A stretch of DNA of 64,000 nt from NCBI GenBank assembly GCA_965207445.1, contig CBDBLX010000002.1:128001-192000 (forward strand), in the 5' to 3' direction. The notes under the pieces are model-generated. The model was not told where the DNA came from and did no database searches. It saw only the letters and a program-made list of their open reading frames with translations. Shown piece after piece: positions 54,905 to 64,000 of this stretch (position 1 is its first letter; the number at the start of each line of letters is the position of its first letter). The position numbers and the translations under genes are program-made. Source of the stretch: Nitrosopumilus sp. (GTDB lineage: Archaea > Thermoproteota > Nitrososphaeria > Nitrososphaerales > Nitrosopumilaceae).

Positions 54905-55120
54905 TTATGATCTTTCTGATTCTATCTTTTCTCTTGCCATATACTCTAAAATTGCCTTTATCTCAACTCCCAAATTATCTGAATCCTTTTCCATGTCAAG
55001 TTTCTCTGGCAATTTCTCTTTGAGATTATCATCTTCCATCTTTATTCTTCTCTGTTGTATACAATCTATATGATCCGAATCAGTTGCAGATAACTTGTTG
55101 CATATGCGACAGATCTTCAT
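54905..55120 (-). CDS. Small hypothetical Cys/His-motif protein
   Basis: MKICRIC....DHIDC. Confidence 0.6.
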   Translation of the reverse strand: MKICRICNKLSATDSDHIDCIQQRRIKMEDDNLKEKLPEKLDMEKDSDNLGVEIKAILEYMAREKIESERS

Positions 55121-55167
55121 TAATCTAACACTACGATTTAATAATTTCAAGTTTTGTAAATGAGCAG

Positions 55168-55244
55168 GGGATCGTCGTCTAGCTTGGTATGATACTAGTC
55201 TGGGGGGCTAGTGGTCGCAGGTTCAAATCCTGCCGGTCCCACCA
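55168..55244 (+). tRNA. tRNA-Pro (GGG), CCA encoded
   Basis: Acceptor stem GGGATCG/CGGTCCC, anticodon arm CTAGT-CTGGGGG-GCTAG, T-loop GGTTCAAATCC, ACCA end. Confidence 0.93.
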
Positions 55245-55641
55245 TTATCCTATTTTTTATATACTTTTGACACCAAACAACAACCGTTTGACTTTATACC
55301 TAAACAAAACACAACTAGTAAATTTTTGTCTAGTTTAAAAATACTGAGACGGGGCCTAGATTGTAAAAGAAATTATTAATAAATTGAGAATTTCTCGTAC
55401 TGTTTTAGTATGCATTTCTTGATGGCTTTCCACACTCAGAATATCTTTATGATACGTAATCCAAGTGATCTTGAAAAGACAAATAGTGCTATAATCATAT
55501 ATAGTATCTGAGTGAGTGTAGTCGTCATGTGTTTGTATATACTATGTATGAAATTTATTAATGACTACTAAAAGGATTACTTGTAATACATGAATTATTT
55601 TTAATATTACTCTGGATTTTTTAAAAATGACTAGTTATGTA

Positions 55642-56379
55642 TTAACCATCAATTTTGAGTGTCTCAAGTATTGTGTTAAAAGTTTGTTCATTTGGTGAGC
55701 TTTTATAGTCTCTCAAATTTGATATTATCTGATCTTTTGATGGTAAGGTCTTTTTGTATATTCTTTGAACTTTGTTTGCAATGGGTGATGAGATAAAGAT
55801 AGCTTGTGTGATGGATGTGACGTTTGATGGTCTTCGAATATCGCTGGCACTCTCAAAGTCAATTATCACTGGCTTGTCGTTTTTACCATATATGATAACA
55901 TGTTTTGATATATTGCTTATCTCACCATGATCTACTCCCCTCTTATCTAGTCTGTAACAGTCAGTTATGACAGAACGTATGACTCGCTTGAGTCTTGCAA
56001 TCGTATTTGGGCCCTTTAGACACTCTACCCAGTCACTTATTCTTTGACCATTGACATACTCCATGACAATAAAATTTCTACTATATGCATACAACTTTGG
56101 CCCCACACTCTCCTGATTTGCTTGCATTAATCGTGCTACTTCATGCATCATATTTTTTCTGGGCGCATCTGTTCGTCTTGCCTTTATTGCACAATACTTG
56201 TTGTGTGCGTCTTTTGCTAACATTACTACACCAGTATACCCTTTACCGAGCACTGTTATCTTACCAAGTGTAGTTGCTGAACCTGAAAACGAGACGGACT
56301 TTATACCCAAATTCAACAGTTCTTGTACCCTGGCTTTTTTCTGTCTTTGCGTTGCGTGTGGATATGCCAAGACTGCCAA
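55642..56379 (-). CDS. RIO-like Ser/Thr protein kinase
   Basis: LGKGYTGVV, AIK, VDHGEI, IIDFE. Confidence 0.85.
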   Translation of the reverse strand: MAVLAYPHATQRQKKARVQELLNLGIKSVSFSGSATTLGKITVLGKGYTGVVMLAKDAHNKYCAIKARRTDAPRKNMMHEVARLMQANQESVGPKLYAYSRNFIVMEYVNGQRISDWVECLKGPNTIARLKRVIRSVITDCYRLDKRGVDHGEISNISKHVIIYGKNDKPVIIDFESASDIRRPSNVTSITQAIFISSPIANKVQRIYKKTLPSKDQIISNLRDYKSSPNEQTFNTILETLKIDG

Positions 56380-56404
56380 GGCATCAGAATTATTTGGTAT
56401 ATTC

Positions 56405-57796
56405 TCAGTTAAGATATACGATCGTCGTATCAGTTGAGATCACCTCCTCTGCTGCTTCTTTGATGGCCCCACTCAAATTCTTCTTCCCGATCCATACTTT
56501 GGGTGGTGTAGTCTGTCTTACTGGCAATAATGTGGCATTTTCTTTCAAGATATGTTTTACGTATTTGTCTGCTACTGTATATGATCTTCTTTTGAGTGCT
56601 ACAAGCCTTCCTTGCTTATCAACCCACATCATCTCAGTCTTATCTGCAAAACTTTTTTTTATGTACATGTCAACTTCTCTTCGCCTCTTAAACTCTGGAC
56701 CATATACATTGTATGTGAGTGGTATCGTAACAGAGTTCAAGAGCACAAAGAGGTATCCATGTCTGTTCTTCAAATCTACAAAAGTTCCATATCTGAGTAC
56801 TGGAAATCCGTCTTGCTCCATGAACCTTACAAGCTTTGTGACGGATTTTTTTATTTGTCCCCATATTGAATCAGGTGGCCGTTTCTCAAATCCAAACTTT
56901 ACTACCAGTATGTTGTTCCAACATGTATTTACTATTGTCTTTTTTTTACTTTTTTTCATACTGTTTGTATCAAAGAACTTGACTGTTGGTCTGTGCAAAA
57001 ATGATCTGCATGCTAATATGAACCTAATCATATTTGTATCTGATATTGCTGCTGCAAGGTTTCTGTTACTATCTATGGGATCCATTATGGTTATCATAGT
57101 ATTGAACTCTTTTGTGGCATGTCCTATTATATGACTAGAGTTAATATTTGCAAATTTTTTTATCGTTTTTTCACAACTCTCAAAATGTGTAATCAAAACC
57201 TCAGCGACATACCCGCTGAATCCATTTTTGGCAATTTGAGCACCATATAATCCATTGGCCATTAGGAATGCTTTGAGTAGTCTCACTTGATCTCTCTTCT
57301 TTTGGTCTAATTGTCTAGTCATGTATTCTGTGTGAATCTGTGACCTATCAGTTGCACTCTTCCACTCCCTTGACTCTATAATCTCATAACATGGAACCAC
57401 ATTTACTAATACACCTGGCTCAAATTCGGACTCTACATATGGATGCTCTGAGAACTTTATGTAAGGGTTATAGTCTTTGAGGGACTTTTTTCCTACATCA
57501 ACTCCGACATCTTTGAATTTCTTTCTATCTACATTATAATCAAATATGAGATAAATGTCAATATCCATCTCAGAGTTTGCAACCCATGTGTCTTTTCTAT
57601 AAGAACCACCTGTCTCTACTCTTTTGATCTCTGGGTGTTTTGTGGCCTCTTCATTAACTAGTGTTAAGAGTATATCGGCAATTCCATCGATCTTTGTCTG
57701 TTTCTCTTTTGTGGGTATGACAAAACTATGTGCTTGTTTTATTGCTTGTTGTGTGCTTTGTTTGTCATCTTGTGGCATTGTGAGTTTTTTGAGCAT
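56405..57796 (-). CDS. cca: CCA-adding tRNA nucleotidyltransferase (class I)
   Basis: GGSYRKDTW..DIDI, EHPYV, SATDRS, GFSGYVAE, DPIDSNRNLAAA. Confidence 0.95.
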   Translation of the reverse strand: MLKKLTMPQDDKQSTQQAIKQAHSFVIPTKEKQTKIDGIADILLTLVNEEATKHPEIKRVETGGSYRKDTWVANSEMDIDIYLIFDYNVDRKKFKDVGVDVGKKSLKDYNPYIKFSEHPYVESEFEPGVLVNVVPCYEIIESREWKSATDRSQIHTEYMTRQLDQKKRDQVRLLKAFLMANGLYGAQIAKNGFSGYVAEVLITHFESCEKTIKKFANINSSHIIGHATKEFNTMITIMDPIDSNRNLAAAISDTNMIRFILACRSFLHRPTVKFFDTNSMKKSKKKTIVNTCWNNILVVKFGFEKRPPDSIWGQIKKSVTKLVRFMEQDGFPVLRYGTFVDLKNRHGYLFVLLNSVTIPLTYNVYGPEFKRRREVDMYIKKSFADKTEMMWVDKQGRLVALKRRSYTVADKYVKHILKENATLLPVRQTTPPKVWIGKKNLSGAIKEAAEEVISTDTTIVYLN

Positions 57797-57798
57797 TT

Positions 57799-58503
57799 TT
57801 ATTCATCTCTTGATTTAATCACTGCAAGATCAGTATAGATCGGTCCCTTTGGTGTCAGTTGACTTTTTTTTAGTTTGATCTCTTTTATTTTTTGAATGCC
57901 AAATGTAGTATTTTTTAATATGTTCAATTTATTTGTAATCGACTGTTCTCTCATTTTAACCCTAAATATTGTACTGTGTGGCTTGAATGGTTTGTCTCTT
58001 TTGTATCCTAATGGCTCTAGTACTTTTGCTACCTTTTGTGCTAGTTCTGTTATGTTGCTGTTATTGTTATTGTGGTGATACTGACGATTTGTATTGTTGT
58101 GTTGTGTGCCGTTGTGTTGTGTGCCGTTGTGTTGTGTGCCGTTGTGTTGTGTGCCGTTGTGTTGTGTGCCGTTGTGTTGTGTGCCGTTGTGTGCTGTTAC
58201 TGCAATGGGCGTGTCTGCTCCTACCCATACTATCTTTGGCACCTTGGGGTTTGGAAACGCACCTACAGTCTTTATCTCTATATCAAACGGTACAAACTCT
58301 ATTGTTGAGAGTGCTGTTGTAATGGGTGCCTGTTTTGTATCTGGTATATCACCTAGAAATTGTAATGTAAAATGTAACATATCCGCATCGACTAGTTTAA
58401 TGCATTTGAGATCTGGTAGTGATTCTGTAAATTCTGTCTGTATATTTTTTATACTCTTAATTATATCAGAGTTGTTAATCTCTACTGCAACAAACACTCT
58501 CAT
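57799..58503 (-). CDS. thpR: RNA 2',3'-cyclic phosphodiesterase (2H family)
   Basis: MRVFVAV, HFTLQFLG, FKPHSTI, LTPKGPIY. Confidence 0.92.
   Translation of the reverse strand: MRVFVAVEINNSDIIKSIKNIQTEFTESLPDLKCIKLVDADMLHFTLQFLGDIPDTKQAPITTALSTIEFVPFDIEIKTVGAFPNPKVPKIVWVGADTPIAVTAHNGTQHNGTQHNGTQHNGTQHNGTQHNGTQHNNTNRQYHHNNNNSNITELAQKVAKVLEPLGYKRDKPFKPHSTIFRVKMREQSITNKLNILKNTTFGIQKIKEIKLKKSQLTPKGPIYTDLAVIKSRDE
58096..58191. repeat. 15 bp tandem repeat x6, in frame in thpR, encoding (HNGTQ)6
   Basis: GTTGTGTTGTGTGCC perfect units. Confidence 0.95.
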
Positions 58504-58570
58504 GCAGTTTTGTCATATATCTTACTAAAAAATTTAGATAGATGTGTTCAAACTGGTATTTGTGATATAA

Positions 58571-59140
58571 TTGAGGGGAAAACTGATCGTCTGTCTGACA
58601 GGGATGCCTGGTGCAGGCAAGTCTACTATAGCAGATGGATTACGTGCTCGTGGATTTGATGTAGTAGTTATGGGTGATGCTATAAGGGAGGAGGCAAAAC
58701 GGCGAAACTTAGAACCCACTCATTCAAATTTTGCCATTATTATGATGGAGTTGCGCAAAAAAAATGGACCGGGTGCAATAGCAGAGTTAACAAAACCAAA
58801 AATTTTACAGTCAAAATCTGATGTAATACTCGTTGATGGCGTGCGCTCTAATGATGAAATTGCGTCACTCTCGGATCTTGGAGTTTTGAAAATTTTGGCA
58901 GTTCATGCATCTACTGATAATCGGTTTGAATTTTTAAAGACAAGAAAGAGGTATGATGATCCACATACACGTGACCACTTTGATCAGAGAGATTCACGTG
59001 AACTCTCAGTTGGAATAAATGATTCTATTGCATTATCTGATTATGTATTATCAAATGATGGTCTTACAAAAAAAGGTCTAGTGGATGAGGCATTTCGTGT
59101 AATTTCAAAATGGCAAAAAGATCTTAATCAACTCAATTAA
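58571..59140 (+). CDS. P-loop nucleotide kinase (UPF0200, dephospho-CoA kinase-like)
   Basis: LTGMPGAGKST, MGDAIREE, VDGVRS, RDSREL..G. Confidence 0.85.
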   Translation: MRGKLIVCLTGMPGAGKSTIADGLRARGFDVVVMGDAIREEAKRRNLEPTHSNFAIIMMELRKKNGPGAIAELTKPKILQSKSDVILVDGVRSNDEIASLSDLGVLKILAVHASTDNRFEFLKTRKRYDDPHTRDHFDQRDSRELSVGINDSIALSDYVLSNDGLTKKGLVDEAFRVISKWQKDLNQLN

Positions 59141-59146
59141 CATGCA

Positions 59147-59563
59147 ATGATGATGATTATAATGATTAAACCATTTACACTTCCAATCAATATTGCAGTT
59201 TTTGCTGCTGTACATCCTTCAGAGGATCCAGATAAAGTCAAGACTGCCATATGTAATGTCTTTGATGGTACAACGAGTAGCCGAGCTTTTTCTGTTCATG
59301 CAAATTCAACTGATCTGTTCTCCCTTGAGATTATACGTGAGTCGATTCGTACACGTACTATTGGTTCTGCATATAGGCGTAATATGATGACAAATACTCT
59401 AAAAGACACCACGTGGTTTTATCTCAACAAACAAGCAGCTTTTGCAGGTCACGTGGCAATCTGTAAAGAGGCAGACGAGTCCCCACTCGGACCGATCAAA
59501 ATTACCATCACATGTTCTGATTTAATGCAGTTCATAGACTGGTTTGTGTCTGTTGCAGATTAG
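59147..59563 (+). CDS. UPF0201/DUF54 putative RNA-binding protein
   Basis: HPSEDPDKVKTAI.N, LNKQAAF.G, ESPLGPI. Confidence 0.88.
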   Translation: MMMIIMIKPFTLPINIAVFAAVHPSEDPDKVKTAICNVFDGTTSSRAFSVHANSTDLFSLEIIRESIRTRTIGSAYRRNMMTNTLKDTTWFYLNKQAAFAGHVAICKEADESPLGPIKITITCSDLMQFIDWFVSVAD

Positions 59564-59865
59564 ATGTTGCCATTTTATACAAAGCATATCAGATACTATA
59601 AATGAGTAATTTACGAGTTCTTGTCCGATGAACTGGATGTGGCATGTTTGTTATTTACAACTATGCTCTTTGTACTATAATGATAATGCTAGATTCATCG
59701 AATTCTAAATTCTCTGTTATAAAGTAATTAACCCAATACTACTCTAAAGATGGTTGACAATGCAACTCGGAAATTAATATACAAAAATGAATAATATTTC
59801 CAACTCTTGGGTTGATTAAAAACTATATTTTTTGTTGTTAAATACTATTTACTATATCAAATATC

Positions 59866-60204
59866 ATGATAGTGAAACTTGCTATTATTGTAGGGCTGGT
59901 TATATTGGGCGGTCTTATATTTTCTAATGAAATTGTTAAATTGTTTCCTAGTACTGCATCCACTGTACCAGACCTGTTAAAGTCTGATGTTGAAAAGATA
60001 AGTAATGAGACTACTGGTTTTGTTGATGATAAATTGTCTGAGACAAGCGAACATATCACTCAAGCAGTAAATGACACTACTGGTAGCATAATTGATAATG
60101 TACAAGACATACAAGAGCGTGTGATAAATGAGACCTCTGGGCTAAATCCATTTGATTCTGTTCAAGATATTTTAACAGATAACAAAAATGATGATGCAGA
60201 ATAA
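59866..60204 (+). CDS. Membrane-anchored hypothetical protein
   Basis: N-terminal TM plus acidic amphipathic helices. Confidence 0.7.
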   Translation: MIVKLAIIVGLVILGGLIFSNEIVKLFPSTASTVPDLLKSDVEKISNETTGFVDDKLSETSEHITQAVNDTTGSIIDNVQDIQERVINETSGLNPFDSVQDILTDNKNDDAE

Positions 60205-60347
60205 TTTTTTATATGTAATATAATATATTAAAATATTATATATATAAAAATATGAGAATTAGGTTTTCTCTTGCAAACGCAGTTGATTGGTGTTTATATG
60301 AACTTTTTATCTGAATTTGGTATTTGAGGCTGAAAAAGTGTAAATTT

Positions 60348-60674
60348 TTAGTACTTTATTGCATGACTGTGACGATAGTTTGGAATAGTTTTTCTGCGCC
60401 CGCACCACCACTCTTTGTCTAAGAGTTTGTATGCACCCACCACATACTTGCATATCTTTTTTCCACCTGCATTGGACTCGCACTGACATCTCATTGCAAG
60501 TGAACAAGCGACACCGCATACAACAGATTGCACAGTTTGTTATACGACTGTACATTTAATCGAGCTCAGTGTAGTTATGGCACCTGCAATGCATACAATC
60601 TGAATTCCTGCTTTTCCTAATTGCATCAATCTGAGCCTTGGAGCGTCTCTACTTGCCAGACTTTGGGTTGTCAT
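60348..60674 (-). pseudogene. SWIM-zinc-finger N-terminal remnant of a transposase
   Basis: One frame with an internal TAA: ...KCTVV*QTVQSVV...RCQCESNAGGKKICKYVVGA. Confidence 0.5.
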
Positions 60675-60834
60675 TTTCTAATGTTTTTGATCTTGATTGG
60701 GTAGTTTCGTCTACCACCTTTTCTTCCTGAACTGTTTTTTGTTTCATTGTACACATATCACCAATTGGATATATAAGCATTTGTGTGCAATCCGATATCA
60801 GTGACGTTATAACGTTGGATTGACAACAATAAAC

Positions 60835-61008
60835 ATGACTAAATGGGCTGCCAATGCCACTGAATTCCAAGTATCCATAACCCACAACGTGAAAAGGGGT
60901 ACCAGTTACTCGTACATTCCAAAGCCGGTCCTTGCCAAACTTGGTAACCCGGAGGGTTTGAAGTTTATCATACGTGGCGACAAAATACTAGTTACGTGTC
61001 CGGATTGA
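60835..61008 (+). CDS. AbrB-like small DNA-binding protein
   Basis: SYSYIPKPVLAKLGNPEGLKFIIRGDKILV. Confidence 0.7.
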   Translation: MTKWAANATEFQVSITHNVKRGTSYSYIPKPVLAKLGNPEGLKFIIRGDKILVTCPD

Positions 61009-61222
61009 CTACAACGGTTCGAATCTGTATTAATTGTCACTAACCACGTTTGCAGGAGAACCCATACACAGAGCTCGGTTCACACCATTTTACTACTAGC
61101 ACAATAACTACCAAACATATCATTACTAAATGACCCTATTCAGTTAATATTGCCACCCAGCTGTAATTCAAAGTATAATATTATCACTTTTTATTTTGAA
61201 AATAATTTATTGCATAATTACT

Positions 61223-62125
61223 CTACACAACCAAAATCTCCAACATGTCAGTTGCAGTTGTCACACTAGGGTGAATCTTTTGCGCTTGCAATAGGTGTTC
61301 TTTGTCATCTTTATATCTTGCAGAAAAGTGTGTCAGAATTAAATTTTTTACACCAGCTGATTTTGCAAGCATGGCCGCCTGCGTTGCAGTAGAGTGTCTA
61401 GTGTCTACTGCTCTCTGCTCATGCTCATCTACAAAGGTGCCATCAAATACTAAATAATCACATTTTGCAAAAAATTCTTGCAACTCTACACTAGGTGTGG
61501 TATCACCTGATATACCTATTGTCTTTCCTACTTTTTCCTCACCTAACACTTGTTCGGGGCGTATTACTGCCCCATCTACTGTTATGTCTAATCCTCGTTG
61601 GAGTTTTCCCCATAGATGTCCTCTTGGCACTTTGAGTTTTTTGGCATTCTCAACATTAAACTCACCTGGCCTGTTTTTTTCACGCAACATGTATGAAAAT
61701 GCAGTGATCGTGTGGCTTGCTTTGCATGCATATATCTCGTATTTGTTATTGTAATCTACAATCTTACCTTGCTTTACTGTATTGATGGTTATCTGAAACG
61801 ATGGTATAAAGTTGAGCATTCTAATGTTTGTAGTGACAAACTCGTTTATGCCGGCAGGCCCGAATATCTCAAGTGGAGTCGTTCTATGTTGCATGGACAT
61901 GGTCTGCAACATACCTAGTATTCCTATACAATGATCCCCGTGCAGATGTGTGATGAATATCTTCATCTTTTTGTTCCATCCTAGTTTTGCTTTTGCGTAT
62001 GCCATCTGTGATCCTTCACCTGCATCAAATACAATAATCTCATTGTCAGTATCAATACATGTGCATGAGAGACCTCTTGATGCTGTGGGCTGTGAGCCTG
62101 AAGTTCCTAAAAAGATGATTCTCAT
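61223..62125 (-). CDS. rnz: Ribonuclease Z
   Basis: FLGTSG, DAGEG, THLHGDH, SGDT, HST, THFSARY. Confidence 0.96.
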   Translation of the reverse strand: MRIIFLGTSGSQPTASRGLSCTCIDTDNEIIVFDAGEGSQMAYAKAKLGWNKKMKIFITHLHGDHCIGILGMLQTMSMQHRTTPLEIFGPAGINEFVTTNIRMLNFIPSFQITINTVKQGKIVDYNNKYEIYACKASHTITAFSYMLREKNRPGEFNVENAKKLKVPRGHLWGKLQRGLDITVDGAVIRPEQVLGEEKVGKTIGISGDTTPSVELQEFFAKCDYLVFDGTFVDEHEQRAVDTRHSTATQAAMLAKSAGVKNLILTHFSARYKDDKEHLLQAQKIHPSVTTATDMLEILVV

Positions 62126-62225
62126 ATAGTGATTTGTTATGGGTATACTTTATGCCTAACCATATGTTGTTTTGTTAATTGTGTATGGTATGATTTTGTG
62201 TATTTATTCACTTTTGGTATTTATG

Positions 62226-63146
62226 CTATTTTTCTATAACTTTCACTATTGCATCTGATACATCAACTTTGGCAGTAGTTGTATTTGGTATCGTATTGGT
62301 GCTGATTATCTTGTTCACACCTGCCTTTTTGATCTTTGATCTTGCACCATCTACAAGTAGCGCGTGTGTACATGCAACAAAGATTTTGTTGCTGTTTTGA
62401 CTCTTTAGAAACTGTGCAGATTTTACTATACTACCACCGGTACTTATCATATCATCGATAATTATCGCGTCCTTTCCTCTCACTATACTTGCTTTTTTAG
62501 TCTTGATGCAAACTTCTCCTGTCTTTCTATCCCTTGATTTTTCAAGTATAATGTGGTCGCATCCTAACTCTTTTGCAAATTGTTGCGCCCTCTGTGCCCC
62601 ACCTTTGTCCGGTGATATCACAATGGGATTTTTGATATGGTGTTGCATTGCGGTGTCAAAATATTTAGCAAGCGCAGGTATTGCAGTCACGTTCTTGGCA
62701 TGACGTCCTAGTAGTGTGAGTCCTTTTGTACTATGTATATCAACTATGATAATTTTAACAACACCCATTTTTTTGAGCAGAGTACCGATCACCTTTACTG
62801 TTATGATCTCACCTTTGAGAAACTCGGCATCTTGTCTTGCATATCCCATGTATGGTATCACAATGGTTATGTCAGATGTACTCTCCTTTACTTTTGATAT
62901 CAAACATAGCGCTCTGAATAGATTGGTATCTACTGGCATGTGCAATGACTGCACTATTATCACTTTACTGTTTTTTGGTATCTTGGCACAAAGTCTTATC
63001 TTACTCTCTCCATCAGAAAACACACGTATCTCTGATTTGATCAGTTTTGCGCCAAGTTTGTCTGCTATACTGTCTGCTATACTGTCTACCATACTATCTA
63101 TTTGATTGGATATTACGCATGTCGTTTTTGCTCTTTTACTTTTCAT
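62226..63146 (-). CDS. prs: Ribose-phosphate pyrophosphokinase
   Basis: FSDGE, PYMGYARQD, DIH, SPDKGG, IIDDMISTGGS. Confidence 0.96.
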   Translation of the reverse strand: MKSKRAKTTCVISNQIDSMVDSIADSIADKLGAKLIKSEIRVFSDGESKIRLCAKIPKNSKVIIVQSLHMPVDTNLFRALCLISKVKESTSDITIVIPYMGYARQDAEFLKGEIITVKVIGTLLKKMGVVKIIIVDIHSTKGLTLLGRHAKNVTAIPALAKYFDTAMQHHIKNPIVISPDKGGAQRAQQFAKELGCDHIILEKSRDRKTGEVCIKTKKASIVRGKDAIIIDDMISTGGSIVKSAQFLKSQNSNKIFVACTHALLVDGARSKIKKAGVNKIISTNTIPNTTTAKVDVSDAIVKVIEK

Positions 63147-63189
63147 ACTTGGCTATGTTTATGCCTGTATCTTAAGTCTTGAGAGTTTA

Positions 63190-64000
63190 TCAATCATTAT
63201 CATTATCGGCGCGTCCAATATCCCCTGTACCATACTCGTCGATGACTTTCTCTCTTTGCTCATCTAACATGCCAATCTCTTGGTCCTCTCTCTTCTCATC
63301 TCCGTGATATATGGTCCTGATTGGCCACGGAATCCTAATGTCGTATTTTTTAAACTCTTCGTACATTATCATGCGCATATCAGTTGTGGTTTTGAACTGT
63401 GCTCCATAGTCACGAACATACACCCATAATGAAAAGTCAAGTGATGAGTCATTAAAGTTTGTAAATCTGACTACTGGCTGTGTGAGTTCTACATGTAAGT
63501 CCTTGTCGCATCCGCAACTTGGTTTGTTCTGACTTCGATATGGACATACAGACTGCCTGACAAGATGCCTTCCCTTTGTGTCTACGACCTCTACCATTGC
63601 ACGCTGTCCTATCTTTACCAAAATGGATGCGACTTGTCTTGGATTGTTCAAATATGAGACTCCTACTTTGACTATTGCAGGTACTAGTTTGTTCTCTTTG
63701 GTGTAGTTTATGATCTGAGCTGAGGTTAAACTGCTTGTGGGTATGATTGCTATTGACTCGTATAATGCGTCTATAATATACGTGACTAGTGGCGTAATCT
63801 TGTGTACATTTCCATTGTATCCCGATTCTAATTGCACTCTGTCTCCTTCAATTACGATCTTGTCCTTTCTAATTCTCAGATATGCAAAGTAGCTCTTCAT
63901 AGTCTCTTGCAACGCTAGTCCAAGACCTATTGAGAACCCACCTGTTGCAGTCGCAACTACAAATAGATCTACGCCCCACCATCCTAACACGCCCAAAAAA
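63190..64000 (-). CDS. mscS: Small-conductance mechanosensitive channel family protein (5' end beyond window)
   Basis: IGLGLALQET, GDRVQ, IINYT, VGVSY, F..FNDSSLDF, IRIPWP. Confidence 0.88.
   Translation of the reverse strand, partial: FLGVLGWWGVDLFVVATATGGFSIGLGLALQETMKSYFAYLRIRKDKIVIEGDRVQLESGYNGNVHKITPLVTYIIDALYESIAIIPTSSLTSAQIINYTKENKLVPAIVKVGVSYLNNPRQVASILVKIGQRAMVEVVDTKGRHLVRQSVCPYRSQNKPSCGCDKDLHVELTQPVVRFTNFNDSSLDFSLWVYVRDYGAQFKTTTDMRMIMYEEFKKYDIRIPWPIRTIYHGDEKREDQEIGMLDEQREKVIDEYGTGDIGRADNDND

Larger units (their letters stand above)
60262..61063. mobile_element. Internally deleted IS6-like element with passenger gene
   Basis: Imperfect TIRs GGTTTTCTCTTGCAAACG / GGGTTCTCCTGCAAACG; the right end recurs at 7204-7250; no TSD. 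Confidence 0.65.

Noticed and set aside
55168..55640. tRNA-Pro as the attachment site of an integrated element
   Set aside because: No integrase and no duplicated tRNA 3' end were seen in the window
57987..58528. Cys/Val-rich ORFs (CVVCR, LCAVV, CCVPL repeats) as metallothionein-like peptides
   Set aside because: They are antisense readings of the thpR tandem repeat

Overview
Archaeal chromosomal segment from a Nitrosopumilaceae-like thaumarchaeote (inferred from PolD, Cdc6, CdvB, TFB, thermosome, GGGP synthase and CFI-box-CTERM proteins). The heavy load of transposon remnants, pseudogenes and low-complexity expansions suggests a host-associated lineage, but this is inference. The core content is the probable replication origin (five ORB boxes plus an AT-rich DUE beside cdc6, between the DP2 and DP1 genes), preQ0 genes, glyA, glnA, cysC/cysQ, cca, rnz, prs and tRNA-Pro(GGG). 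The accessory content includes three MITE families, an intact IS66 nested in an IS5-like element (both with TSDs), decayed ISL2-like and IS6-like elements, and a GC-rich island with a membrane-anchored ArsR regulator and secreted proteins. Two observations stand out. One is a 2.6 kb composite transposon: two inverted ~147 bp MITEs enclose a surface-protein gene and share a single 8 bp TSD. The other is an unannotated ~128 nt highly structured RNA candidate with its own promoter and terminator at 43553-43683. No CRISPR or rRNA was seen. All family calls come from motif recognition by eye, not database searches.
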